A stretch of DNA of 64,000 nucleotides from Schmidtea polychroa. Taxonomy: Eukaryota. Under the pieces are notes generated by a model. That model had not been told where the DNA came from, ran no database searches, and worked only from the letters and a program-made list of their open reading frames with translations. Numbering within the stretch: the first letter of the stretch is position 1; each line of letters starts with the position of its first letter. Shown here one piece after another: positions 22,936 through 35,639 of the stretch. The position numbers were made by a program, and so were the translations under genes. The stretch is taken from assembly GCA_044892525.1 (NCBI GenBank), contig CM097885.1, positions 2,482,001 to 2,546,000 of the forward strand, given 5' to 3'.

Positions 22936-23595
22936 TTTAATAAAAATAAAATTAAGTATTTAGTGAATTTTTAAAGTTTCGTTACAATATGAAGTTCTAT
23001 TTATTTGTAGATATTATAGTATGAAAATAATTTTTTTACCTAAAAGTTTTGGCGCCTTCCTTAGCCATAGGCCGCGTCTGCCGGGTTGGAAACCACTGGT
23101 ATTGAGTATTATAATGAAAAAATACTTGTTGCAAAATGAAAATATTCATGTGTAAAGAAACAAAATGCAAATATTTTGGGATGGACAGCAAAAATCGCGG
23201 AGAACATAGTGTTGGCGTTTTGAAAAAAGGAAAGTAGAACTGAAACGAAATCGAGTTTGTTCAAAAAGAAAATAAATTCTAAAGAAATTTTCCGATAAAC
23301 GCCGTCACGAATATTGCAAACTATCTATGTACGTATGACGATGGCTTTTTTAGTGATGTACATGATAGTCGACGGTCAATTGGTAGGTGAGCTCTACTGC
23401 CAAAACTAATCCTAATTGTACGATCTAAAACTAGTCCTGGTCGGATGATAAAAGGTCTTACGCCAATAATAACGATGAGAAATCGATAGTGTCATCATCC
23501 GTGCGTGTCTATGGTCCTCAAATTCTGCGACAAATACTAATTTATCCCTGAACTATTAACCTGCTTATTAGGTTGAAGATAATACTTATTAGTTT
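22936..23595. repeat. Duplicated block, second copy at ~26149-26230 + 31159-31738
   Basis: Colinear, highly similar sequence that includes a hAT-type right end (ggttggaaaccactg, ends 23098). This copy lacks the Gypsy insertion. Confidence 0.9.
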
Positions 23596-24120
23596 TAGAA
23601 GTCTTGTCCCTTATTTTTGCCATCCTGTGAATGCTGCTGTGTGAGTTGCACGACTGAAAATGGCAATAAATAGATTTGAACCGCTAGGTTCCAAATTATC
23701 AGTCGACAACGCGCACCGCTGCACCATCCGGCAGTGATTATGTAGAAAATTTTTGCCATTTCAGTGGAAAATGACAGAAATTTTTATCAATGGTTATACA
23801 TTGAAGGTAGTTGAATCAAAATTTGTCGAAAAAATTTACAAAGCTGGCGGGGAAGTGCGGCCAACATGCAGTTACGTAATAAAAAACATAAAGTTGAATA
23901 ACTTTTTTGGATTTGAATATTTTCCAAAAACCCAAATGCTATAACAAGGTTTACGAAATTCCCAATTCAAAAATATCTGGATGGTAAAAATTGAACAAGG
24001 ATTAAGCTTTTTTTTCGCCGGTCGCAGCTGACATCAGAAATGAGTTTTTCGTTTCTAACTTTGTCAAAACATAACATAGTTGAATAATTTGTACATTATT
24101 CTTGTATAAAATTTAATTTC

Positions 24121-24829
24121 CAATCAGGAGACCGTAGCAGCGTCCCATAAATAACGTTATCAAACACATCGATAAATTGCACTGTACCCGGCTCTAGGAA
24201 ACGGAAATTCACTGCTTCTTCTTTCCCATTACGTAAATGCTTGACATTAAATTCCAATTCAACGCCAGGCTGCATTATTGCACCTTCTGGTGACGCCGAT
24301 AAATTGAAATAAATTTCCTTCACGATATCATTACGATCAATAAATCCAAATTTATCCATATCACAGAAGTTACTATTCTTTGAACTGCTTTAATTGGTTT
24401 ATTATACTTCTTCCTGACTTTTATAGCACACGGCATTTCATTTCGCTCGCATTTTTCAAACAGTACTTCGTCTTTTGTTTTCAATTTCACATCTTCTAGT
24501 ACATCTTCTTTAGAAAACGGTAAATAAAAACACTCCCCGTTAAACTTGTATGATATGCTACCAGTTTTCGATTTTTTCGGCATTTTAACAATAACACCTT
24601 CTATAGTTTCAACGTGACTTTGAACATATATCCTTTGCCAGCGGTTTTCCTTTTGAAATTCCTCTAAGAAAGGTCACGTTATCTCCAACTTGAAGTTCTT
24701 CAAAAGGATTTTTTGTTGCTGTATAATGGAAAAATAATCGCTTTTCCTGATTTTCTTTGCTTAGACATTTTTTAAAGCCGTACTTCGGACATAGCTTTTC
24801 AATAGTGCCATATTCCGAAGCTGATTCGT
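24121..24829 (-). pseudogene. Partial duplicate of CSDE1 exon 1 (source 21752-22457), frameshifted
   Basis: Near-identical translation split over three ORFs (24609-24839, 24320-24583, 24096-24359); truncated at both ends. Confidence 0.95.
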
Positions 24830-26230
24830 TTCTAAACATATTGATATAAATTTTTGTGGAATATAACTTTAAATTAAATTCTACATTAGAATTATGTCAT
24901 ATAAAACGCCAACAACGAATAATAAAAATTTGATTCAGTATTTTACCAAAAATTTGACCGCCAGACCAACATTTTGGCTAATAACCTTTTTAATATAAAT
25001 CGGGGTAAAGTAAATTTGATACCAATGATAAGATAATAAAATTTACAACTATAAACTTATAAGATATTTGAAATAATGTTAGAATTTAAAATGTTGATGG
25101 TAAATATTGAAATCCCGTTTCATAAATTTTCCCACCAAATCAACAATTTTGCAAAGAACTTTTTTATTTTAAATTGTTACTAGACAAATTTGATACCAAT
25201 GGAAAGAGAATAACATTTGGAGTATATATATGGTTAAATGGTTGAGATTGGTTAGAAATTAAAATTATAGTTGGAGCTAAAAATCCTATAAGCTGGAAAC
25301 CCTAAGAGCTAGAAAGTTAAAATGTGTATTAAAATAATTTATAATAAAAATTCCAATAAACTGAAAATGTTTCGGTTGTTTGTTTTGCAAATGTTTAATT
25401 AGATTTTCTTTCATTACCTTAAAATAAATAAATCATATAATCCACAATGAAATATATATCAAGGCCTAAAAACGTAACTTTAAAAGAAAAGCGCGGTACT
25501 TATTGTGATCAAAAAAAAGTAAATTTATAGTACAGAGCAGCGGTTTCCAACCTTTATGCTACCGCACCCAAAAACATTTTTTTCTTGGCGCCTTCTCATC
25601 ATTTTTAAATATATATAATAATATAAACACGTTTTAAACAATAATAACTTTAATAAAAAAATTAAAACTACAATTAACAGAATAAAAACAAGGGTTTGCT
25701 ATAACATACGAACATGTATATTTATTTGTATATTAAATTACTAATTAAACCTACGTCGGTAGCGCCCATTTTCCTTACATCGTCGGTCGCTGGTGTCTTA
25801 AAAGGACTGGAGCTTATAAAAACCGATATAACTTTTTAATTATTAAAATTACAGGTTTGTGTGTCTCAGTAGCTGCCGAAATAACAAGTACGCACTTGCC
25901 AATATATGCGCGGCTGAGTTTTCGCACGACGCCTGAGTAGAGCAGAGTTTTCGCGTGAGGGCTTCTAAAGACCCCACGCGACCGATTACGTATTTATTTT
26001 TGCTTGAAAAAATTTATAAAACCTAGAAAAAATATCTCAAAACATTATATTTTTCTCTTTTTGATGACTACCTGAAATATAGAAGTACTATACAAACCGT
26101 CACACGAACACATAATTTTTATATACGAATTAAATGTATATATAGAAATTTAATAAAAATAAAATTAAGTATTTATTTACTGAATTTTACAGTTTCGTTA
26201 CAATATGAAGTTTTATTTATTTGTAGATAT

Positions 26231-26519
26231 TGTTAGACGCAATTATATTCAAGTCTTCTTCAAGCATTTATTTTTATAACAACTTCAAAATTGAGTCGTT
26301 TACAAGAGTATTTAAACACCGAGGCGTGATAATTATTAATATTAATGTAATTACCGGTCATACATTTAATTGATTTAATTTAATATAATTTAATATAATA
26401 TGATATAATTTAATATAGAATTTAAATATAAAAATTTAACAGAAATAATTATTTCTACTAACTGATCTCACTTCTACCATTTAACCATAATAATTTTATA
26501 TAGAGATTTACTAATTCCT
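26231..26519 (-). repeat. 3' LTR (inner terminus deleted)
   Basis: Matches 30884-31149 apart from a few substitutions and two ~10-bp indels. Confidence 0.92.
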
Positions 26520-29476
26520 CGTTATTTTTCTCCCGTTTTCGTCTGTTAATAAGTAACTTCTTTCATGATTTCGTTTTATTACTGTGTATGGTCCTTCATA
26601 TCTCTCCTGATCTTTGTTTCTCATTTCTTGTTTCACCAATACTTTGTCCCCCACTTCTAAGTTCCTAGTTGTGCCAATTTCTTTCGCTTGCTGTCTTTTA
26701 GCCTCTAATTTCCGCATGATTTCATTACTACTATGCTATTGCGATCTATTAATCTTTCTTCCAAATATAATTTCTGCTGGACTCACTCCAGTAATTTTCT
26801 AGTTGTCGCATTTAAAACTTATTCTATGTCAGGTATTATTTCTGCCCAGCTTTTTTTAACTCCTTCTCTGAGTGACGCGTTAATATAGTCTCTTATAGTA
26901 CGAAATTGTCTTTAAATTACACCATCAGTATTATGATGATACGGACTCAAAAATATCAACTCAATTCCTGCTGCCTTTGCTATTTCTTTAATGCTATTTG
27001 CTTCGAAATTCTTTCCACAATCAACATGTAGTTCCTTAGGGGCTCCAAATTTCAATATCCAATTATTTAACAAAACTGCCTTTATTGTATTTTCATCTTG
27101 CTTTCTAATATGAGTTAGAGATATGTATTTACTGTAATGATCGATTATTGCACAAATATATTTTTCTCCTCTGAAGGTTTCTCTTAATGGACCGCAAATA
27201 TCCATGTATATTTTCTCCATAGGTTCTGAAGCTTGAATTACTTGGGTTTTTTCTTTTGACTTTGCAGTTAAAACTTTGTTTTTCTGACATGCTTCACATA
27301 TTGAAATAGTCTCTTTTATTTCATTTAGCAAATCTTCCATATCAAAATTGTTCCTAATATATTTCATAACTTTTTCTACTCCTGCGTGGCATAATAATAA
27401 ATGTGTTTCCTTAATCATTTCTCGTCTTTTTGTTTCTGGTATCCATATTTTGTTTTGATTGGTATAGATAATATTTCCTTTTAATATATATTTATTATTT
27501 TTCCTTTCATTTATTTGATCTTTTATATCTTGTATTTCTGCATTATCTCTTTGCCATTCATTTCCATTATTTTCGGTCATCAATGTTAACAATCTAGTTT
27601 TTAATCGCCCTGATTTGGGGTTATCATGGTCCATCAAACATTGTACACATTTGCCGCATGTATTTCTAGACAGCATATCTGCATTCGTATGCGCCGTACC
27701 TTTTCTGAACTCCATTTTTATGTCTAAACTGCTCAAGTAATTTATCCACGTTTGGAACTGTGCTGTTATCGGCTTCTTTGTCGTTAACATAAAAGTTATT
27801 GCTTTATGATCAGTGCGCAAAAAAACCGTTTACCGTATAAATAATGGTTGAAATGGCGACAGAAATAATATATTGCCAAAAGCTCTTTTCGTGTTATACA
27901 ATATCCTCTTTCATGGCTACTCATTGCATGGGATCCATATGCAATAACGTGTTCATGCCCCATTTCATCTCTTTGTGATAATACAGCTCCAATTGTATCA
28001 AAGCTTGCGTCTGTATCTAATATGAATTCTTTCTTGAGATCTGGAAATACGAGAATTGGCGCTGTAGTCAACGCCATTTTCATTTCTTCGAAAGCTTCCT
28101 CACATTCCTCAGTCCAGATTATTTTTTCACTATTGCTTCCACATATGCTTTCTAGCGCTCTTGATTTTGTTGCATATTCCTTAATAAATCTCCGATAATA
28201 GTTACATATACCTAAAAGCTTCTCATATTCTTTATACACTTAGGCCTCTGAAATGATTTAATAGCCTCAATTTTACTTTGATCTGTCCGAATCCCCTGAC
28301 TGTTAATAATGTGCCCTAAAAACTTTACTTCGCTCTTTAATAACTGACATTTTTCGGGGTTGATTCTCAATTTAGCTTCCCGTATTTTCTCTAGAACTTT
28401 TCCAAACACATTGTAATGTTCTTCAATTGTTCTTGTAAAAATTAAAATATCGTCTAAATACACCATAACTCCTTCTTTCCATAGATCTTTCAATATTTTT
28501 GTCATTAATTCTTGGAATGTACCCGGTGCCGCTGCAATGCCAAAAGGCATTCTATTAAAACAGAATTGCCCTTCTTTAGTAGAAAATGCTGTCTTTTCTT
28601 GCGATTCTATGTCCAATTTCACCTGATAATAAGCGTTCACAAGGTCTATAGAACTAAAGTACTTAGATCCATGTAATGTATCTAGAATTTCTTCTACATT
28701 CGGCATAGGAAAAGCTTGTCTTTCAGTAATCTTATTAAGCTGTCTAAAATCTAAACAAAGTCTAATATCTTTTTTGTCTTTTTTCCACAGCATACTAACG
28801 GCGTATTCAAAGGTGAATTACATCTTCTTATGATATCATTATTTTCTAAATTTTTTATAGCAGCATTTATTTTCTCCTCTAAATTGATGGGTTGTCTTCT
28901 GGGTTTTATCATAATTGGCCCTTCTTCTGTGATGATTTTATGTGCAATTAAATCAGTACATCCGATATCCCAGTTATTAGCCATAAAAACACTTTTATTG
29001 TTTTTAACAATCTCTAACAGTCTTTTATTTTCGTTTAATCTTAGAATTTCTATTGCTTTTTGACATCTCTCGTCATCTGTGATCTTTTCCCCAAATCTAG
29101 CTTCTATTTCACACACAAATTCATTATATCCTTCTTAATTTTGCTTGATGTAGTTTAATTCAATTCCAAACTCTTTCTGCAATTCCACTCCGCCTATTAT
29201 ATCTGGAACAATATTTTTAACTATTATAAATGTTATTTTTCTTTCCATATTACCAATTCTAACATCAATATATATTTTTCCGATTGTCTCTAATTTACTA
29301 TCATTTGCACATCTTAACATCTCATCTGTTTTTATGATTTTCACATTCACTAATTTGTCCACAACTGCTTCTGCCATTACATTTACTCTTGCTCCTGTAT
29401 CTAGTAAGCATTCCATTCTATAGCCCTGGATTTCAAGAGTTGTACTCGGTCTACCTTGCATTTTGTCATAACTCAA
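26511..29476 (-). pseudogene. Gypsy pol: protease, RT, RNase H, integrase (multiple frameshifts and stops)
   Basis: LLDTGA; CLDFRQLN, MPFGI, VYLDDIL; DTDAS, RKELLAI, TDHKA; HHCC, MDICGPL, VDCGKNF, SPYHHNTDG; YEGPY. Confidence 0.95.
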
Positions 29477-29843
29477 TTTCGGTCGTTTCCATTCATCTTT
29501 AGTGAAAATATTTTGCTCCTCTGATTATTAATCCACCCAATTTCCTTTCTCTCTAATTTATCTTCTGCCATTTTTATAAATTTATAAACTTTTTCATTTA
29601 CTATTTTATTATTATATTCTGCTTCTTTAATTTCATTAGACTCTTCTTGATTCTTAGGATTATTATTATTATTTATTAAAGATCGATCAGCATTAAAATA
29701 ACTATAACATTTAAAATTATTTAAAGGAAACTTTTTAAAATTACAAATTTTATTACATAAAGGTTCTACATTATTATATATATAAGGATTATTTACATTA
29801 TTAAAATTATTATGACCAATATTTACATCAATATCAAAATTAC

Positions 29844-30884
29844 CTAGTATATTGCTCCGATCATTGCCTCCCGTGTCAAAGCATGTACTTTTGGGTGCTG
29901 AATATCCTCATATTTGTCTTCTGCATCATCTGAATACTCAAGTGGCATCGTCTCATCATTAGCTTCAATTGCTGCAATTGTTCTTCCTGGATTGTTGATC
30001 TTTTGTTGATAGCTTGTGGTTCGATGGGCATAATAATTATTATTTCTCATGTTTGAATTAGTTTGAAACTTCCTTCTTTCAAAATTTGTATAGCAGTCAA
30101 CGTAAGTGTGTCCACGTAAGTGACATCTCTGGCATTGAATCGTTGAACATTCTCGCCGTACGTGGCCTTCAACTCCGCATGCAAAACACGTCATTTTCTT
30201 TTTCATTTGGCATTCTCGACTAACATGACCAGTTTTCTTGCATGTCCAGCATTCCAATTGTCGGTTACTGACGTTTCGCTGCTTGAAATTATTATTTCCG
30301 TTTACTATTCCTCTTTGAGCAACATCTCTGTAGCTTCTGTAGTTTTGAACAACCGGTGAAGTCTTCACAACATTAATATGGCCCATAATTTTGTTTACCT
30401 TTTCTAATTTCTTTATTGTCGCTTTTATTTCTTCTGACGTTTTCAAATCTTTCATCTCGATCTCTTTTTTAACTTCTCGATCTCTTACACAGTTTGTAAG
30501 CAGGCATTTTTCTATTTCTTCTTCATCCCATTTGTGCGCTATTAATTTCTTTGTCATCTTTTTAATTTTCTCTATAAATGTTTCGGCTGAATCTGATCCT
30601 TGTTCATAACTCAAAGCTTCTTTTAGATCATCCATTAATGATGTCGGTTTCGAAAACGCATATCGAAGTTTCTCTTCCATAGTTTTTCCTTCGGCTGCTT
30701 CATAATCTTCCATTAGCGATCTGTCAAGTAATGTTGTAGTTAATATTACTTGCATCCTAATTGTTGTTTTTGTCGCGCCAAAAAACCTTTGACAATCCTT
30801 GATAAAATTTTCAAAATCATCGCCTTTGTGAAATTTCTCAGGTAATAGTCTGCTTATCAATAAATCCGTGGTCGTGGTCGCCAT
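29844..30884 (-). CDS. Gypsy Gag with three CCHC zinc knuckles, 346 aa
   Basis: CWTCKKTGHVSREC, CFACGVEGHVRREC and CQRCHLRGHTYVDC in an intact ORF. Confidence 0.93.
   Translation of the reverse strand: MATTTTDLLISRLLPEKFHKGDDFENFIKDCQRFFGATKTTIRMQVILTTTLLDRSLMEDYEAAEGKTMEEKLRYAFSKPTSLMDDLKEALSYEQGSDSAETFIEKIKKMTKKLIAHKWDEEEIEKCLLTNCVRDREVKKEIEMKDLKTSEEIKATIKKLEKVNKIMGHINVVKTSPVVQNYRSYRDVAQRGIVNGNNNFKQRNVSNRQLECWTCKKTGHVSRECQMKKKMTCFACGVEGHVRRECSTIQCQRCHLRGHTYVDCYTNFERRKFQTNSNMRNNNYYAHRTTSYQQKINNPGRTIAAIEANDETMPLEYSDDAEDKYEDIQHPKVHALTREAMIGAIY
30866..30883 (-). promoter_or_regulatory. Primer binding site (tRNA-Arg-like)
   Basis: TGGCGACCACG immediately follows the 5' LTR CA end and is complementary to a ...CGUGGUCG-CCA tRNA 3' end. 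The Arg assignment is from memory of metazoan tRNAs. Confidence 0.75.
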
Positions 30885-31153
30885 GTTAGACGCAAGTCTT
30901 CTTCAAGCATTTTTTTTATAACAACTTCAAAACTGTGCCGTTTACTAGAGTATTTAAACACCGAGGCGTGATAATTATTAATATTAATGTAATTACTGGT
31001 CATACATTTAATTGATTTAATTTAATATAATTTAATATAATAATATAGAATTTAAATATAAAAATTTAACAGAAATAATTATTTCTACTAACTGATCTCA
31101 CTTCTACCATTTAACCATAATAATTTTATATAGAGATTTACTAACTCCTTACA
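30884..31153 (-). repeat. 5' LTR (270 bp)
   Basis: TGTAA...TAACA on the minus strand; direct repeat of 26231-26519. Confidence 0.93.
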
Positions 31154-32354
31154 GATATTATAGTATGAAAATAATTTTTTTACCTAAAAGTTTTGGCGCC
31201 TTCCCTAGCCATAGGCCGTGTCTGCCGGGTTGCAAACCACTGGTATAGAGTATTATAATGAAAAAACACTTTTTGCAAAATGAAAATGTTCATGTGTAAA
31301 GAAACAAAATGCGAATATTTTGGGGTGGGTAGCTGAAATCGCGAAGAACATAGTGTTGGCGTTTTGAAAAAAGGAAAGTAGAACTGAAATGAAATCGAGT
31401 GTGTTCAAAAAGAAAATAAATTCTAAGGAAATTTTCCGGTAAACGCCGTCACGACTATTGTAAACTATCTATGTACCTATGACGATGGCTTTTTTAGTGA
31501 TGTACATGATAGTCGACGGTCAATAGGTAGATGAGCTCTACTGCCAAAACTAATCCTAATTGTACGATCTAAAACTGGTCCTGGTCGGACGATAAAAGGT
31601 CTTACGCCAGTGATAACGATGAGAAATCGATAGTGTCATCATCCGTGCGTGTCTATGGTTCTCAAATTCTGCGACAAATACTAATTTATCCCTGAACTAT
31701 TAACCTGCCTATTAAGTTGAAGATAATACTAATTAGTTCTGATAAGTATATGGATAAATTAAAGTGAAAATTATTTAATAACAAAAAATCTTAATAAAAA
31801 ATAACCACACGAGGATCAGGTTCAATAAGTACAGGTTCATAAGTAAAAGAAAGTTCATACGTAGTCTCTTTCGGCATGTGCAGTAGAAAGCCATCTCGTC
31901 GAGGCTAAGTCGATGCCTGATGAGATTGCATGACTGTAAAATTGACTGAGTGGCGTGGCTATTTTTGTCTTCTTTCGAGTATTTCTTTCACAGCGATTTA
32001 ACTGTTTCCGCTTGGTTTTCGGAGCTGCTGTTGGTGGATCCATCATAGGGCTGGATCTACTCAGATCGATGATGGGGAGGGGAATCAACGTAGTGCTCGA
32101 AAGAACAGACGAAGAAAGTGGGTATGTCACCAACATTGTGCACCTTGTACAGGCCGATGATTGTTTGAGGCCCTCACTGCTAGTCAGGTGGAGAGTTGGA
32201 ATGATATTCACCATTTTTGCAAAAGGTAGACTTTTGATGTGGTGCTCCAGCTCTTTTTTAGTAAACAACTGATATAGGGCCTGAGCTTACTTCTGTGACA
32301 GCAAGTGCTGGGCATAGCTCTCCGCTATGAACTTGTCTCGGCAGAGCTTGAGGC

Positions 32355-32410
32355 GTAGCACTTTTGTGTAGCACTTTGTGAGTAGCACTTTTTGAGTAGC
32401 ATTTTTAGAG
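32355..32410. repeat. Short tandem repeat, ~14-bp unit gtagcactttt(g/t)ga, 4 copies
   Basis: Read directly from the sequence. Confidence 0.75.
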
Positions 32411-32418
32411 ATAGTTAA

Positions 32419-32603
32419 CCTCTTAACGGTTTAACCCGTATATATACGGGTAGGCTTCATATTAATTTTAAATAGAATTCTGCGTTTTTTGATGAAATTT
32501 TCTTATGGATAACATCTTTATAACTTAGTCTCTCATTATTGACAATAAAAAAATACGAACTTTTTTGAAACGTTTTTCCGAGAGAAATGGCACCGTTAAG
32601 AGG
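32419..32603. mobile_element. piggyBac-type MITE (185 bp)
   Basis: Perfect 12-bp TIR CCTCTTAACGGT / ACCGTTAAGAGG with TTAA on both sides; internal palindrome acccgtatatatacgggt. Confidence 0.88.
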
Positions 32604-34029
32604 TTAATCATCTCGTTTTATGCAATTTATAACATTTTACTATTTCTAGTGATCGATCTTTTACCCACTAAGTCTGCTGATCTACCCAATTTACTCATTA
32701 AAGCATTTTGTACCATACATTGTATTCTTGAATCGATCGTCGACTAAGTTATCCAATTCCATTGTCCTGTGTCATCAGTACATGATATACTACGTTATTC
32801 CGTATCTTCAAATAGAGTCATTTTCCTACTGCATAATTATCTTATTTATGGTTTCTTTCGTCATTAGTAGGTCCAACGAAAGCCACGTTGTATCCTTTCA
32901 TGACGTTTCCGACGCAACCCAAGATACAATGGTTTACTTTAACATCCGACACCCGTTAAGCGATCAACATTTGTACCTTCTCATATGTGTGAATGCTCGC
33001 GAAAAGTGAGCGTCCTCCGGTACATAATTGTCATCTTGCATTCAAGTGGGTTCGCACACTTCCGATAGAAGGTTTATGTACGACTTCAATCAGGCCCACT
33101 TATGTCTTTTACTCTGCTAATTCGTAAACGTGAATTTTAAGCAAACATGATGTTGTGTTATACGCTGTAATATTATTTACAAAATCTTTCAATTCACTCA
33201 GACCAACAACAAATCACAACGGGAAAAAAAAAACACAAATAAAAAAAAACACCGGCTACTTGATTAGTTAATGTGAGTGGAATCCGACTCATATACGTTA
33301 TCGAGAGTTTGGTTGAAGTGACCAATGATCAGGGAATTCTTGCAGACTCCTCGTTTGGCCCTTTCGTACTGTCCTGGTCTTTTGTGCGTCTTTGCCTGGC
33401 CGGTAGTAATGACTAGTTGGGAAGTTGGGGCGGCTGAAGCTCCATAGCTCATAACTGTATTGTATTTATATATCAGTGACATCATCTGTACTGTATATCT
33501 ACTTCTTACCTGGTTTCCTTTTTCCTTCAAGGCTCTTGATATTTTTAGTTCATTTTCATTTTAGTTCATTTTCACTTATGCTTTCTATCTTTGCTTTCAA
33601 TTCTTGTAATTTTTTGTCATTCACACTTTGATTTGCATTCATCTTTCCATTTTTTTTAAGTCTTTCTTAAAAACAACAGATAAAATTTTTGGCGCGAGTA
33701 AAAATGAATGTGACAGCAATAAATTTTAAAAATTCAATTTAACATTTTCATTATAACACATATTTTTTTAAATTTATTTTTGCCTATTATTGTCACAATG
33801 ATTTTTATTCATAATAAAAAAGTTTATAAATTTTTGATGCAAATAATAAATATTTATAATAAATTAGTGTTTTTACAGTAGAAATGTTATAAATGTGTGT
33901 GAAATAAATATTTTGTTTTAACAACTCAATTGATGGAAACGCAAATTAGATTGATTTGAGTTTATATTTTTATAATTTTTCATATTTTAGTTTAAATGGA
34001 ATTTTTGAATGTAATTAACGAATTTTTCT

Positions 34030-35639
34030 ATGAATAAAGTAAAACGTGTGAAATCGACAGATCTGCAAGTGTTACGCTCAATTCTGAATGACGAAATTGT
34101 TACTGATAATAATGAAAATATAATTTCCATGGATAATGTTGATGATAATAACAAAGTTGTGGAATCCAAATCGTGTGACAATGAAATAGAAATTAAAACA
34201 AATGATCATGATGCAAATAAAATAGCTAATAAAGAGATAAATCCTTGTAAGAAGAAAATAATCAAAACTCACAATTCGCCATTTAGGATCACACGAATCG
34301 AGTCGAAACACAAATCTCACAAAGTTCGCTGTGAAAACGCGTCAATGTATTCTGACAATGCCAAATCTGCATCGGTTCAATCAGCTTACAAAAGCGTGCA
34401 TTACAACAACATTGTCAACACAGAGAAACGGCTGAATAGAAAATATGAAGACTTGGCAAAACTGTTAAATAAAGAAATTCTATTGAAAACTGCCTCACTG
34501 TGCGATCAATCAATTAATGAAGCTCGGCAATTGATCCAGAATTCCTTAGCAACCAGTAGAATCGTTTCGTCCTTTCTCGTTGATTTTTCTGAATCTGGTA
34601 GGAAGATCCCGATTGCGAATAAAGATCGGATCATTCAGAATTCTGATCTGAATCAGCATATCAATAGGTCAAATGATCGGATCATCCGGAATTCTGATCT
34701 GGATCAGCATATCAATAAACCAAATGATCGGATCATTCATAATTCTGATCTGGATCAGCATATCAATAGGTCAATTGATCGGATCATTCAGAATTCTGAT
34801 CTGGATCAGCATATCAATAAACCAAATGATCGGATCATTCAGAATTCTGATCTGGATCAGCATATCAATAGGTCAAATGATCGGATCATTCATAATTCTG
34901 ATCTGGATCAGCATATCAATAGGTCAAATGATCGGATCATTCAGAATTCTGATCTGGATCAGCATATCAATAGGTCAAATGATCGGATCATCCGGAATTC
35001 TGATCTGGATCAGCATATCAATAGGTCAAATGATCGGATCATCCTGAATTCTGATCTGGATCAGCAGGTCAATAAACCAAATGATCGGATCATCCGGAAT
35101 TCTGATCTGGATCAGCAGGTCAGGTCTGGATCAGCCAATTGGATCATCCAGAATTCTCATCCGGATCAGCAGGTCAATGAACCAGTTGATCCAGACCGAC
35201 AGATTGATTGTCATGTAGACAGGCAAATTGGAAATTTCATTACTAACAGAAATCGAATTGGAAACGGTGAGAGGGCACGAGGATTCAATATTGATTCGAC
35301 AGTCGTTATTCACAATCTCCCAATTGAGGAGCCGGTCAAAATTCCATGGGTAACCTTATCAGCAGTTGCTAACAGTCCTAAAGCACCTCGGGCTGCTGCA
35401 ACCGATCACATGCTCACCAGCGATCAGCCATTCATCCGTGGATGGCTCACCAATAAAAACCACCAACGAAAACTCGAGCGAAGGTTGAAGGTGAATTAGC
35501 AAATAATTTCCACAGAATTATACAGCTCTAGGAAGAACAGTTGCGAATCGAGCGTGCAATTTCAATGAGTGCAATCGCAGTGCAGCAACAGCGGAAGGAG
35601 GCAGCTGAGGAATCTTTCAGGAACTGGATTAAGGAGAAG
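34030..35639 (+). CDS. Uncharacterised protein with 17-aa tandem repeats and a CCDC181/CCDC34/MAP9-like coiled-coil tail; 3' end unresolved
   Basis: Exon 34030-35490, a 41-bp GT-AG intron, then exon 35532-35639 (EEQLRIERAISMSAIAVQQQRKEAAEESFRNWIKEK) followed by AAG|GTGAAA. Two F/W-x-W-L/I-x-x-K-type motifs flank a charged helix. The family assignment is tentative. Confidence 0.7.
34621..35183 (+). repeat. Coding minisatellite, 51-bp unit (NDRIIQNSDLDQHINRS), ~10 copies plus 1 degenerate
   Basis: Read directly from DNA and translation; frame preserved in all copies. Confidence 0.95.

Larger units (their letters stand above)
26231..31153 (-). mobile_element. Near full-length Ty3/Gypsy LTR retrotransposon (4923 bp), decayed
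   Basis: Two ~270-290 bp LTRs, TG...CA outer termini, a 5-bp GATAT TSD (26226-30 / 31154-58), a PBS, and gag-PR-RT-RH-IN order. Confidence 0.97.
25538..31242. mobile_element. Non-autonomous hAT-type DNA element (~780 bp) split by a Gypsy insertion
   Basis: TIRs CAGCGGTTTCCAACC / GGTTGCAAACCACTG; 8-bp TSD gtacagag (25530-37) / gtatagag (31243-50). Confidence 0.8.

Noticed and set aside
31855..33640. Minus-strand ORFs 31855-32268 and 33264-33530 with splice-like signals
   Set aside because: No recognisable domain and stops in adjoining frames. It may be a decayed gene or TE, but no consistent model could be built.
34673..35047. Hydrophobic repeat ORF (MIGSFRILIWISISIGQ)n
   Set aside because: Alternative frame of the 51-bp coding repeat; it is open only because the unit lacks a stop in that frame.
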